DNA of 64,000 bases, from positions 10,841-74,840 of the forward strand of contig JAQQAS010000047.1 in NCBI GenBank assembly GCA_028532815.1, in the 5' to 3' direction. Shown one piece after another: positions 27,059 to 36,771 of this stretch. The position numbers and the translations under genes were made by a program. This DNA comes from Pleomorphochaeta sp. (GTDB lineage Bacteria > Spirochaetota > Spirochaetia > Sphaerochaetales > Sphaerochaetaceae). The notes under the pieces were generated by a model. That model saw nothing but the letters and a program-made list of their open reading frames with translations. It ran no database searches and had not been told where the DNA came from. Positions within the stretch are counted from its first letter, which is position 1, and each line of letters opens with the position of its first letter.

Positions 27059-27808
27059 ATGATTGATATTGATGAAAGATTGATTGAGCTTTTTAGTGAA
27101 AAAGCTAAGGAAAATATTGTAGACTCAATTAACATTGGGTTAGGGTATACAGCTGTTGTATTAAAGAACAAGAATTGTGGTGTTTGTTGTACTTTAATTA
27201 ATGCTTCAGATAATTGTACTGTATATAAATGTGAGGAAAATTTCGAAGGACAATCTTGTTATAATTTACTTCTTTCTTTAAGAACTTATAAGGATAATAT
27301 TAGTAGAGCTATAGTTATAGCAATGATAAATGCTTTAACACAAACTCCAAGTCTTAAGAATCAAGAGGATAAAGATACTTTATTTGAAGATTTGAAGCTA
27401 AGAAAAAATGATAAACTTGCTATGATTGGTTATTTTAAACCTCTAGTTAAAGAAGCTCAAAGAAAAAGTGTTTATGTTAAGTCTTACGATATTGGGAAAA
27501 AAATTGGTGAAGAAAAGTGCTTTTATAATTTTGTAAATGAAGAAGCTTCTGCTTTAATTATTACAGCAACAAGTTTAATAAATAATACATTTAATTCTAT
27601 TTGTAGTAAAATTAAATATTTAAATAAACCAGTAGCTATAATTGGGCCTTCAACAATAATGGAACCAAAATTGTATGAAGATACTCCCATTTCAATTTTA
27701 GGTGGTACTTATGTTGATGATGTTGACTTAGTACTTAAAGCAATTAGGAATGGAAAGGGTACTCCTGAAATTCATAAGCATTCAAAGAAGGTCTATATAA
27801 ACTTTTAA
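27059..27808 (+). CDS. DUF4213/DUF364-type Rossmann-like protein (putative metal-chelation domain family)
   Basis: The GLGYTAVVLKNKNCGVCCT N-terminal motif and size (249 aa) are typical of this family. No obvious RBS. Confidence 0.45.
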   Translation: MIDIDERLIELFSEKAKENIVDSINIGLGYTAVVLKNKNCGVCCTLINASDNCTVYKCEENFEGQSCYNLLLSLRTYKDNISRAIVIAMINALTQTPSLKNQEDKDTLFEDLKLRKNDKLAMIGYFKPLVKEAQRKSVYVKSYDIGKKIGEEKCFYNFVNEEASALIITATSLINNTFNSICSKIKYLNKPVAIIGPSTIMEPKLYEDTPISILGGTYVDDVDLVLKAIRNGKGTPEIHKHSKKVYINF

Positions 27809-27890
27809 TAAATAATAGAATTTTATCTAAAATATTAAATTTTTGTTAATATCTAGCAAATTCTTTTAATTTTTATAAACAATTGGTAAT

Positions 27891-27913
27891 ATCCCCCTTA
27901 TAGATAGGGGGAT
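27891..27913 (+). promoter_or_regulatory. GC-rich hairpin sequestering the Shine-Dalgarno sequence of the diguanylate cyclase gene
   Basis: ATCCCCCT (27891-27898) / AGGGGGAT (27906-27913), 7-nt loop. AGGGGGA is the only SD-like element, 7 nt before the ATG at 27920. Confidence 0.5.
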
Positions 27914-27919
27914 TCGCTG

Positions 27920-28744
27920 ATGTTAAGTGAACTGTTTATTATTGCAGGAATAATTATATTGTTAGTATGCATGTATTTATTTGCTGAATTTAGAAAAGAA
28001 GAGAGAGTGGAATTTGGAATAGTTTCTAAAAAAATTAATGTAATAAATACTATATTTCATATTTTAATTGTATTTTTTTTTATAGGGTATTGTGCAATCC
28101 TAGCTCTACTATATACCTTTGAAAGCAAGTATTCTTTTGTTTTATTATTATCACAAGTATTGTTTTGGGGAGCGATTTTTGTTCTAATAACTATTTTTAT
28201 GCTAAAAATAATGCTTGAGAATGTAATAAAAACTAAATTAAATCAAATTGATCACCTTACACTATTAAATACTAAGATGGCCGGGAACTGCAAAATTGAC
28301 GAGCTTTTACTATATTCTAAAAATCCTGTCTACCTTGCGATTTTAGATTTGGATAATTTTAAAAAGTTAAATGATATTTATGGTCATATTATTGGCGATG
28401 AAGTATTAATTGAAGTTGGAAAAATAATCAAAGACAATATAAAAGATGGGGACGTAGCTTGTCGTTTTGGTGGTGATGAATTTGTAATTGGATTTATAAA
28501 TAGTGATGAGAGTAGTGTAATTAAATCCCTAGAAGTAATCAAAGAAGATATTTATTTTTACGCAAGGCAATTCTCTCAAGCGAATATGAGTGTAAGTGTT
28601 GGATTAACCTTTGGAGTTGGTATTGGAGCTGGAGGAAAGAATACTTATAAGCAAATGATGTTGAATGCAGATAAAGCTTTATACCATGTTAAAAAGAATG
28701 GTAAAAATGCTGTCCATGTTTATTCAAAGGATGCAATTCATTAG
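27920..28744 (+). CDS. Membrane-anchored diguanylate cyclase (GGDEF)
   Basis: Three to four TM helices followed by LDLDNFKKLNDIYGH and an intact RFGGDEF. No RxxD I-site (the position reads KDGD). Confidence 0.85.
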   Translation: MLSELFIIAGIIILLVCMYLFAEFRKEERVEFGIVSKKINVINTIFHILIVFFFIGYCAILALLYTFESKYSFVLLLSQVLFWGAIFVLITIFMLKIMLENVIKTKLNQIDHLTLLNTKMAGNCKIDELLLYSKNPVYLAILDLDNFKKLNDIYGHIIGDEVLIEVGKIIKDNIKDGDVACRFGGDEFVIGFINSDESSVIKSLEVIKEDIYFYARQFSQANMSVSVGLTFGVGIGAGGKNTYKQMMLNADKALYHVKKNGKNAVHVYSKDAIH

Positions 28745-28787
28745 ATATGTAAAGTAATGATGTATATTTACCAAAAAAAATAGAAAA

Positions 28788-28816
28788 AAGCTAGAAAAAA
28801 TATTCTAGCTTTTTTA
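28788..28816. terminator. Bidirectional terminator
   Basis: AAGCTAGAA / TTCTAGCTT 9-bp stem, flanked by an A-run and a T-run. Confidence 0.65.
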
Positions 28817-28838
28817 TTAAGTGAGATTTGTTATATTA

Positions 28839-31175
28839 TTATGCTAACAATATTTCAATAATTGCATTATATAAATTAGAGTCTATATTTAAAGAAATTA
28901 AGTTAGAAATAATATTTTCATTAGTATTATTTTGAATAATATCAAATAGTTTATCCTTTAATTTTATATTTATTTCACATCTATCAAGAATTTCTCTTAT
29001 ACTTTCAATTTTATCAATCTCACTAATTTTTAGAATTTCAAATTCAATTTCTAAGGTTGAAGTAGTATTTATTTTATCTAAAAATACTGTTAACTCTTTT
29101 TTTAATGAATCATATTTTTTGCTATAATTTATTTCATTACCATCTTGAAGAACTATTAAAGAAGTATCTTTTATACCAACAAATGTAATTTCATAATTTC
29201 GAACCTCTGGTATTAATGATAAATTGCCATCAGCTTTATTAATTATAAATTTTCTATTGTTATAGTCATTTATAAAGTGGGTAATTACCTTATTGTCATT
29301 TTTATAATTTTCACTAATATTATCATCTTCATAAAGATCAAAATTTCCATTATTTCCCATGTAGCATTTAATATTTAAATTTTTTGGATTTTCATCACAC
29401 TCTAAATCATTAGATAAAACTATAATATTACCTTCTTTGATTAATACTGGGATTGAATCGATAGTTCTATACATTTTAATAGCTCTATTACCATTATATC
29501 TTCTTGATGTAAAGAAATCATAATATTTTCCATCAGGTAACCAAGTTAAAGCTGAGCCCATATTTATGGCTTTATGTTGTTTTGATACAATAGGGGAAAC
29601 AATCATTTGAGAACCAAAATAATATTGGGATTCATTTGTATAAGCTATGTCTTCTTCACTGTGATAGTAGTACATAGGTCTAACAAGGGGAGTATCGTTT
29701 TTCCAAGCTTCATAATTCATAGTATATAGATAAGGGATTAATTTATGTCTTAATCTTAAAAACTTATTCATTACAGAATGAGTGTCTCTATTAAATCTCC
29801 AAGGTTCTTTACCATTAAATATTTCATTACTGCTATGCAATCTCATAATTGGTGAAAAGACTCCAAATTGTGTCCATCTAGCAGTTAAATCATTATCTTT
29901 ATAACCTCTCATATGACCACCAATATCATGTGACCACCAACCATATCCAATATTTGATGCACAAATAGTAAACTTAGGTTGGAAGGCTAGAGATTCCCAA
30001 GTTATATAAGTATCTCCTGAAAATCCTATAGGATATCTATGAGACCCAGGACCTGCATATCTAGAGAAAATGAGTGGTCTTTTATTATCTTTTTTACTTG
30101 CCATAAATCTATGATAATTTAAAACCCAAAGGGGATCTAATCCTTCAATTTTGGAAGTAGTTCCTTGCTGCCAATCTAGCCACCAAAAATCAATTCCATC
30201 TTTTTCTAATGGGTCTAAAATATGTTTTTGTAGAGAATCTAAATATTTTTTATCACTAGCATCAAAGTTAACATCTTCGTTATTTTTTACATTCATTGCT
30301 TTTGCAATATCACAATAATTATCTTCAAAAGATCTAACTCCATCTGCGGGGTGATCATTTAAAGTTACTTTCAAACCTCTTTTATGTAATTCTTCTAAAA
30401 ATGCTTTTGGATCTGGGAAGAATTTTTTATTCCAAGTATAACCTGTCCATCCGCTACCAAATTTTCTATCAATATCGACTAAGTGCCAATCCATATCAAT
30501 TACAGCTACTGAGAAAGGAATATTTTCTTCATCAAATTTATCTAATAATTCTAAGTAACTTTTTGTTGTATATTTATAATATCTACTCCACCAGTTTCCT
30601 AATGTATAGCGGGGTATCATTGGTGTTTTACCGCTTAATTTATAAAAATCTTTTAAACATTCTAGATAATTGTGATTATATCCAAAGAAATATATATCCA
30701 TATGATTTTTATCTCTAGGGGTGAAGAAATCCTCAACATTGAGCATACTTTTTGAATCATCAATAATAGAAAAACCTCTTCTTGACATTAGACCATCTTC
30801 TAGAGGTATTTCTCCATCTGCTTCATCTAGTGTTCTCGCAGTTCCTTTTAGATTATGAATCTTATCACCATAATGATAAGTATTATAATATAACTCTTCA
30901 GATTGTCTTAATGTAATTGTTAGTCCTAATGCAGAAAACTTTTCTCCGTTTGTTTCAACAAATAATGCATCAGTAGTTAATTTTAAAAAACCATTATTTA
31001 AATTTGTTGTAAAGTCTACTTTATCAAAATCTCTATTAACTACCATTTGAGTTTTTTCATCAATAAATTTGTTAGTAGGGGAATATTCAACTCTAACTAA
31101 AGATTTAGTTAAAAACGTAATTCTTTGATGTTTAAAATATATAGAATTGTTTTCTATTTTGAATTCTTGACTCAT
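28839..31175 (-). CDS. Glycoside hydrolase family 31 (alpha-glucosidase/alpha-xylosidase-like)
   Basis: Motifs DMDWH, GIDFWWLDWQQG, GFSGDT and WWSHDIGGH. AGAGG lies 7 nt before the ATG at 31175, which is preferred over the tracked TTG at 31223. Confidence 0.8.
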   Translation of the reverse strand: MSQEFKIENNSIYFKHQRITFLTKSLVRVEYSPTNKFIDEKTQMVVNRDFDKVDFTTNLNNGFLKLTTDALFVETNGEKFSALGLTITLRQSEELYYNTYHYGDKIHNLKGTARTLDEADGEIPLEDGLMSRRGFSIIDDSKSMLNVEDFFTPRDKNHMDIYFFGYNHNYLECLKDFYKLSGKTPMIPRYTLGNWWSRYYKYTTKSYLELLDKFDEENIPFSVAVIDMDWHLVDIDRKFGSGWTGYTWNKKFFPDPKAFLEELHKRGLKVTLNDHPADGVRSFEDNYCDIAKAMNVKNNEDVNFDASDKKYLDSLQKHILDPLEKDGIDFWWLDWQQGTTSKIEGLDPLWVLNYHRFMASKKDNKRPLIFSRYAGPGSHRYPIGFSGDTYITWESLAFQPKFTICASNIGYGWWSHDIGGHMRGYKDNDLTARWTQFGVFSPIMRLHSSNEIFNGKEPWRFNRDTHSVMNKFLRLRHKLIPYLYTMNYEAWKNDTPLVRPMYYYHSEEDIAYTNESQYYFGSQMIVSPIVSKQHKAINMGSALTWLPDGKYYDFFTSRRYNGNRAIKMYRTIDSIPVLIKEGNIIVLSNDLECDENPKNLNIKCYMGNNGNFDLYEDDNISENYKNDNKVITHFINDYNNRKFIINKADGNLSLIPEVRNYEITFVGIKDTSLIVLQDGNEINYSKKYDSLKKELTVFLDKINTTSTLEIEFEILKISEIDKIESIREILDRCEINIKLKDKLFDIIQNNTNENIISNLISLNIDSNLYNAIIEILLA

Positions 31176-31204
31176 AAAAGTACCTCTGTTTTTTATAGTA
31201 ATTG

Positions 31205-31218
31205 GTTTATCGGTAAAC
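31205..31218. promoter_or_regulatory. Candidate LacI-family operator GTTTATCGGTAAAC
   Basis: 14-bp palindrome with 6 of 7 pairs and a central CG. It lies 30-43 nt upstream of the GH31 start and faces the divergent LacI gene. Confidence 0.35.
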
Positions 31219-31305
31219 GTCAAGAAAAACTCTTATTTTTTATTCATTGACAAGATCTAAAGAATACTAAGATAATAAGAATATCTGTAAGTTAAGGATA
31301 AATAG

Positions 31306-32313
31306 ATGACTATTAAGGAAATTGCTCAATTAGCTGGCGTTAGTAGAATGACTGTTTCTAATGTAATAAACAAAAAATATTCAAAAGTTTCAAAAACCAC
31401 AATTGAAAAAGTTAATGCAATTATTAAAGAAAATAATTATATACCAAATTTATCAGCAAGAAATCTTAGTGCACAATCTTCTAAAATTATAGCAATCATT
31501 GTTCCGTTAGTTTATGGAAATGATAGTTTATTTTCTGATCCTTACACAGCTCAAATTGTTGGTATACTAGAAAATAATCTGAGAAACAAAGGTTATTTTG
31601 CAATGATTCGTAGTGTAAAAGCTCTATCTGATACAGTAACTTTTTTAAATAGCTGGAATATAGATGGTGCTATTTTTATATTTCCAAAGCCAGAAATCAA
31701 TGTTAATCAGTTGCTAAAGCAAGTATCAACCGAGATAGTTTTTATTGATTCTTATCAAGAGGTAGAAAATTCTCTTTCAATTAATATTGATGATTACAAA
31801 GGGACTTATTTAGCTACAAAATATTTAATTGAAAAAGGTCATACAAAGATAGGTTTTGCAGCTCCAAAGAGAAGTAATAATCTCATGGAATTGAGATATA
31901 GAGGTTATGAAGATGCTCTAAAACAATCTAAAATCAACTTTGATTCTTCATTCTTTTTCGACAGTGATATTAGCTTACTTAGTGGTATCAAGATAGGGGA
32001 AAAAATAGCTAAGCAAAAAAAACTTACAGCTGTTATTACTACAGCTGATGTTGTTGCAATTGGTATAATAGATGGAGCTAGAAGTGAAAAGTGTAGAATT
32101 CCTGATGACTTATCTGTTATCGGATTTGATAATTTAACAATTGCTAATTACTGCTATCCAAAATTAACAACTGTTAATCAAGATATTAATAAAAAAGCAG
32201 AACTAGCAATATCCTTGCTTTTTGATCGAATTGAAAAAAAGAATGAACTTCCTAATAAAATAAAATTAGATGTATCTTTAATTGAAAGAGAATCCGTTAA
32301 ACCTCTAAATTAA
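31306..32313 (+). CDS. LacI-family transcriptional regulator
   Basis: N-terminal HTH MTIKEIAQLAGVSRMTVSNVIN followed by a periplasmic-binding-protein-like sugar domain. 335 aa. Confidence 0.85.
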   Translation: MTIKEIAQLAGVSRMTVSNVINKKYSKVSKTTIEKVNAIIKENNYIPNLSARNLSAQSSKIIAIIVPLVYGNDSLFSDPYTAQIVGILENNLRNKGYFAMIRSVKALSDTVTFLNSWNIDGAIFIFPKPEINVNQLLKQVSTEIVFIDSYQEVENSLSINIDDYKGTYLATKYLIEKGHTKIGFAAPKRSNNLMELRYRGYEDALKQSKINFDSSFFFDSDISLLSGIKIGEKIAKQKKLTAVITTADVVAIGIIDGARSEKCRIPDDLSVIGFDNLTIANYCYPKLTTVNQDINKKAELAISLLFDRIEKKNELPNKIKLDVSLIERESVKPLN

Positions 32314-32629
32314 GGTAATATAATCTTTAACTATTAAATTAACATATCAAGTATAATTATATTATTGTTTATCTATCTTCTTAATTTTTTGAGCTGAATA
32401 ATATAATGATATTTACTATATGTTTACCAAATATCCAATACTCTTCTTTAAACTTTCTGTTCAAGTTAAATTAGCTAAAATTAATTAAACAAATTATAAG
32501 TGGATTTGAACAATATTAATTAAATTTATTAAATAAATTAATAAAATTAATAAAATTTATTAAAATAATTAATTTTTCTCTTGTCTATTCTTAATTTTGG
32601 TGATATTTTATAACCAAGTAGGAGAAAAA

Positions 32630-33004
32630 ATGCATAATTGGAAAAAATTATTAGAACTTAGCAAAGGTAAAAAGATTGTAGTTAAAAAAGTTTTTATACC
32701 AGAAGATAATATAACTATTGAAGGTGATTTTCAGTTATCTAATCTTGCAAGCTTAAGTGAAGAAGATCAAAAGTTTATTTTTGCTTTTATTAAGACACAT
32801 GGATCAATAAAGCAAATGGAAGCAACCTTTAATATTAGCTATCCAACTGTAAAAAATAAATTAAATGAGTTATCAAAGAAAATTGATAATTTTGATTTAA
32901 ATATTGAAGATGTTAAGGAAGAAGAATCCTTAGCAAGTGTATTAGATAAAATTTCTTCAGGTGAAATTGATGTTAAGGATGCATTGAAGGAGCTCAATAA
33001 GTGA
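32630..33004 (+). CDS. DUF2089-family putative DNA-binding protein (lacks the usual N-terminal zinc ribbon)
   Basis: LSEEDQKFIFAFIKTHGSIKQMEATFNISYPTVKNKLNEL matches the DUF2089 HTH core. AGGAG lies 5 nt before the ATG at 32630. Confidence 0.55.
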   Translation: MHNWKKLLELSKGKKIVVKKVFIPEDNITIEGDFQLSNLASLSEEDQKFIFAFIKTHGSIKQMEATFNISYPTVKNKLNELSKKIDNFDLNIEDVKEEESLASVLDKISSGEIDVKDALKELNK

Positions 33005-33276
33005 TTGCAATGATTGTAATAGGACATGTTTTGACAAAGAAAGGGCATCTTATTAGATTTTTCTTTCCTTTGTTTTTGATTTATATATTACTACTTCCTA
33101 TTTATATTATAGTTTCATTTATTTATATACTTTTAAATTTAAATTATGAGTCACAAAGCACTATTAAAAGTTATTTGAAGATGTTTTTAAACTTACCAAT
33201 TATCTTTATTTCTCTTAAAGGGACCCTAATCAATATTGATAAGGAAGAGAATAAGTTAAGAATTAAAATCGTATGA
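33001..33276 (+). CDS. Small hydrophobic membrane protein
   Basis: GTG/ATG start overlapping the upstream TGA. Two to three predicted TM helices. No recognisable family. Confidence 0.4.
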   Translation: MIAMIVIGHVLTKKGHLIRFFFPLFLIYILLLPIYIIVSFIYILLNLNYESQSTIKSYLKMFLNLPIIFISLKGTLINIDKEENKLRIKIV

Positions 33277-33286
33277 GGTAAAAATT

Positions 33287-33709
33287 ATGAAAGAAGAAAG
33301 AAAAAGAATTTTAGAAATGCTATCAGATGGAAAAATTAATGTCCAAGAGGCTAATGAGTTAATTGAAACTTCTATAAAAAAAGAAACTGTGATGAATCTT
33401 CAAAATAAAGGTTCATCTGATAAATTTATTTATGTAAGTGTTGAACCAAAAGATACAGATGGCGGTAGAAAGATTGGACGCGTTTTTGTAAAAGTTCCAT
33501 TTGCTTTAATTAAAGCTGGTTTTAATATAGCTGGGCTTATTCCAAAAGATGCTCAGGTGGAAATAAATAACGGATTAAAAAAACAAGGTATGAATTTTGA
33601 TTTTACAGATCTTAATCCAGAAAATGTTAAAGATATAATGGCTTCATTAGAAGAATTAACTGTTGAAGTTGATAACGAAGATTCTTTAATTAGAGTTTAT
33701 AGTAAGTAA
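33287..33709 (+). CDS. SHOCT-like-domain protein
   Basis: The N-terminal ILEMLSDGKINVQEANELIE motif is typical of SHOCT-like domains that accompany DUF2089 genes. GAGG RBS. Confidence 0.45.
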   Translation: MKEERKRILEMLSDGKINVQEANELIETSIKKETVMNLQNKGSSDKFIYVSVEPKDTDGGRKIGRVFVKVPFALIKAGFNIAGLIPKDAQVEINNGLKKQGMNFDFTDLNPENVKDIMASLEELTVEVDNEDSLIRVYSK

Positions 33710-33830
33710 TTTATTATAGTATACCCTTTGCTTGTTTTGTTGATAATTCAGTTTAAGGGTATATTTTTTCCTTTTTGTTCTAAAAATGTAATTATGACTT
33801 GTTGAAAAAAGAAAAAAGAGGATAAACATA

Positions 33831-33868
33831 AAGAAAACATAGAGTGCTTAATTTCTCTATGTTTTCTT
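33831..33868. terminator. Bidirectional terminator
   Basis: Perfect 14-bp stem AAGAAAACATAGAG / CTCTATGTTTTCTT with a 10-nt loop, between convergent units. Confidence 0.7.
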
Positions 33869-33896
33869 TTCTTTAAATCTAATATTAAATTTGAAT

Positions 33897-34676
33897 TTAG
33901 CCTAAAGCTACATCAAGTACCATCATTATTACAAATCCAATTGCAACAGATATTGTTGCTACATCACTATGATCTCCAACTTGAGATTCAGGAACTAGCT
34001 CTTCTACTACAACATATATCATAGCTCCTGCTGCAAAGGATAAGAAATAGGGGAGAAGTCCAGATATGATTTGTGTTAAGAAAATTGTTAAAATCCCGGC
34101 AATCGGTTCTACAATACCCGATAAAGTCCCATAAAGAAATGATTTTTTTTTGGAAACTCCTTCTGCATGTAAAGGCATTGAAATGATAGCTCCTTCTGGA
34201 AAGTTTTGTATTGCAATACCTATTGCAAGTACAAATGCACTAGAGAGAGTAATTAGAGGGTTATTTGAAAGAACGCCTGCAAATACTACTCCAACTGCCA
34301 TTCCTTCTGGAATGTTATGTAAGGTTACAGCTAAAACTAGCATAGTACGTTTTTTTAAGTGGGAGTGCATCCCTTCTGGATGATCACTATATGCATGTAA
34401 GTGTGGAATTATTTTATCTAATGCTAATAAGAAAAAGATACCAAATAAGAAACCTACAGCAGCAGGTACCCATTCTACTACACCTTGAGCTGCTGCCATA
34501 TCTAAGGCCGGAAGAAGTAATGACCAAACTGAAGCTGCAATCATAACACCTGAAGCGAAGCCAAGTAGTATTTTTTGAATATGATTACTCAAATCTTTTT
34601 TCATTAGTAATACCATTGCAGAACCTAAAGTTGTACCAATAAATGGTATCATCAAACCTAAAATAACTTTATTCAT
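33897..34676 (-). CDS. ZIP-family divalent metal (zinc) transporter, ZupT/GufA-like
   Basis: About eight TM helices. Signature motifs HNIPEGMAVG and QNFPEGAIIS. Confidence 0.85.
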   Translation of the reverse strand: MNKVILGLMIPFIGTTLGSAMVLLMKKDLSNHIQKILLGFASGVMIAASVWSLLLPALDMAAAQGVVEWVPAAVGFLFGIFFLLALDKIIPHLHAYSDHPEGMHSHLKKRTMLVLAVTLHNIPEGMAVGVVFAGVLSNNPLITLSSAFVLAIGIAIQNFPEGAIISMPLHAEGVSKKKSFLYGTLSGIVEPIAGILTIFLTQIISGLLPYFLSFAAGAMIYVVVEELVPESQVGDHSDVATISVAIGFVIMMVLDVALG

Positions 34677-35144
34677 AATTTTCTCCCATCAATAATGTGT
34701 ATATTATCATAGTATATAGTATTTTTAACAAATATTTAATTATATTTTATAATTTTACTGAAAAATAATAATCATTTTTTAACTCGTAAGTTAAAACTTA
34801 TAACATTTTGTTTAATATTTAATGGATTATATGCCATTGTGTAAAAGTTGTTAATTTTTTAGTTTAGTAGTATCAAAAAAGCACAATACTAAATATTGTT
34901 TAATTATAAAAGATTTTTTACTCAGTTGTGTTTTGGTAAAAACAGTATAACTTGCAAAAAAATATTTCTATTGTTATATTATTAATTAGTTATAGGGATT
35001 ATAATTCCTTATAACAAGTGATGGAAAAATAGTTAAGTATTAATTTGTGATACTTAGTTTTACTTTTAAACTATTTTATTATAAAAACAATCATATTCTC
35101 TTTTTATATGAGGCGTATCATGGTATTCTTTAATTGGAGATAAT

Positions 35145-35537
35145 ATGAAAAAGATAAGAAGATTAATTTTAGAAGTACAAAAGGCAGGAATGCCACAATA
35201 TATAAAACAAACCTTAGATATATCAGATGAAGGCTATGTCAAACAGTCGATGTCCCCAATGGTATATTTAGGTCAAATGAAAGTTTATGATTATTCTGTA
35301 GATAAAAAGGATATTGAAGAATTTTTTAGTGGACTTGATTTTAGTAAATGGAGAATTAGTAAACAACCCTCCTCAACAAATTTTTCATTTAGTTGCAAAA
35401 TTTTATATGTTGACGGTCAGTTAGAAAATATAACTGGATATATTCATCCTCAAATGCCTGAGGAATACCAAGAATTTGATAATAAAATCTTAGAAATGAT
35501 ACCTTTTATCGAGAACCCTTGGTTATTTACAACATAA
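35145..35537 (+). CDS. Hypothetical protein
   Basis: 130-aa ORF with a GGAG RBS. No motif recognised. Confidence 0.4.
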   Translation: MKKIRRLILEVQKAGMPQYIKQTLDISDEGYVKQSMSPMVYLGQMKVYDYSVDKKDIEEFFSGLDFSKWRISKQPSSTNFSFSCKILYVDGQLENITGYIHPQMPEEYQEFDNKILEMIPFIENPWLFTT

Positions 35538-35590
35538 ATAATATTTTTTTCTATTTAATTGATCTCTGTTTTTAAAGTGAGAGTAAACTT

Positions 35591-36253
35591 ATGAAAAAGA
35601 AACAAGAAATAAATTTAGATTTATACAGCCCTCTTAAAACATTAACATTAGAAGCTAAGGGCAAAAAAAGATTAACAATATTAATAGCTGGGTTTGGCTA
35701 TAATTTTGATATGCCAATTTTTTATTATACAAATAAATTATTAGATTCTAAAGAAACAGATGTTTTATTTATCGATTTTGGGTATTCTCAATATGATGGA
35801 TTTTTGAAATTAAGTGAAGAAGAACAAGAAGCTATTTTTGCTAAGGACTTAGCGATTATTGAAGAGTATGTTGAGTCTTTACAATATGAACAATTTTTAT
35901 TTATTGGCAAATCACTAGGGACAACAGCATGTTATAAATTGCTACATTCTCAAGATATCTATGATAAGACAATAGGAGTTGTTTGGTTGTCTCCTGGTAC
36001 TTCTGCTTATAAAATAAGTAAGTTTATTGCAAAAAATGATTTAAATAATTTATTAATTTATGGTGAAAATGATAAATATCATGAACAATTGAATTTACAG
36101 CTTTTAGAGCAAAACAGTATCAACTTAACTCATATTCCAATTTCAAATGCTGATCATATTTTAGAAAGTGAAAATTGTGTTGAATCAATAAATATTTTAA
36201 AATTTGTAATTGAAAAGATTAATATATTTGTGAATAAGTTATTTATATCTTAG
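35591..36253 (+). CDS. Alpha/beta-hydrolase-fold protein
   Basis: GKSLG nucleophile elbow, a later ENDKY Asp and NADHIL His, in the expected order. 220 aa. Confidence 0.5.
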   Translation: MKKKQEINLDLYSPLKTLTLEAKGKKRLTILIAGFGYNFDMPIFYYTNKLLDSKETDVLFIDFGYSQYDGFLKLSEEEQEAIFAKDLAIIEEYVESLQYEQFLFIGKSLGTTACYKLLHSQDIYDKTIGVVWLSPGTSAYKISKFIAKNDLNNLLIYGENDKYHEQLNLQLLEQNSINLTHIPISNADHILESENCVESINILKFVIEKINIFVNKLFIS

Positions 36254-36342
36254 GAATGCTTAACTTATTCAAATTATTATAGTCCGGCATTTAAGTACTG
36301 AATTAAATTATATTAATTAAATATATATTTAATAACAAATTT

Positions 36343-36700
36343 CATGGGGGTATTTCAATGACTTACGCAGAAGTTGAAGAGATTGGATTGTCAACACTTA
36401 TTTAGACAATTTTTCTAAGGACAATTCTCTAAATTCTTTTGGGCTCATATAGCCTAAAGTTCCATGTAATCTTTTATTATTATACCAATTAACATAATCG
36501 AATAATTCTATATCTAAGTCTTCTTGTGAAGTAAACTTCTTATTATATGCAAACTCTGTCTTAATTATTTTGTAAGTAGACTCTGATACTGCATTGACAA
36601 AAGGACAACCTTTTATACCTAATGATCTTTTTATATCATTTTCTTTTAATATTTTTTCAATCTCATAATTTTTGTATTCTTTTAAAAAGATTCTAATTTG
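36343..36700 (-). mobile_element. Remnant of an IS3-family element (3' end of the transposase gene plus a probable terminal repeat)
   Basis: Only the C-terminal ~85 aa are transposase-like (KGCPFVNAVSESTYKIIKTEF ... YNNKRLHGTLGYMSPKEFRE). The DDE core and orfA are absent. TGGGGGTATTTCAATGAC at 36343 is a plausible TG-initiated end. Boundaries are approximate. Confidence 0.55.
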
Positions 36701-36771
36701 TATAGATGTAAAAATAACTAAAAAGATATTTGCTATTTTTGTTATATCTTCAAGAAAAGGATTTTTAATAA

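Noticed and set aside
31176-31223. Longer N-terminal extensions given by the ORF track. Affected ORFs: GH31 (TTG at 31223), antiporter (24212), GNAT (26027), pepC (61125), caspase-like (13161), glycosylase (19457), DUF2089 (32597).
   Set aside because: In each case an internal ATG is preceded by a well-spaced Shine-Dalgarno sequence and the extension lacks one. The extensions are not conserved-looking, and in the GH31 case the extension would cover a putative operator.
32501-32580. Tandem-looking AT-only repeats (AAATTTATTAAA, ATTAATAAA units) upstream of the DUF2089 operon.
   Set aside because: These are low-complexity A/T sequence without G/C anchors. Such near-repeats arise by chance in AT-rich intergenic DNA. 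At most they represent curved or UP-element-like DNA.
34677-34740. A Zur/Fur-type box in front of the ZIP zinc transporter (ATTATCA half-site in TGTATATTATCATAGTATATA).
   Set aside because: Only one half-site is convincing and the dyad symmetry is poor. It cannot be distinguished from AT-rich background without a genome-wide motif model.
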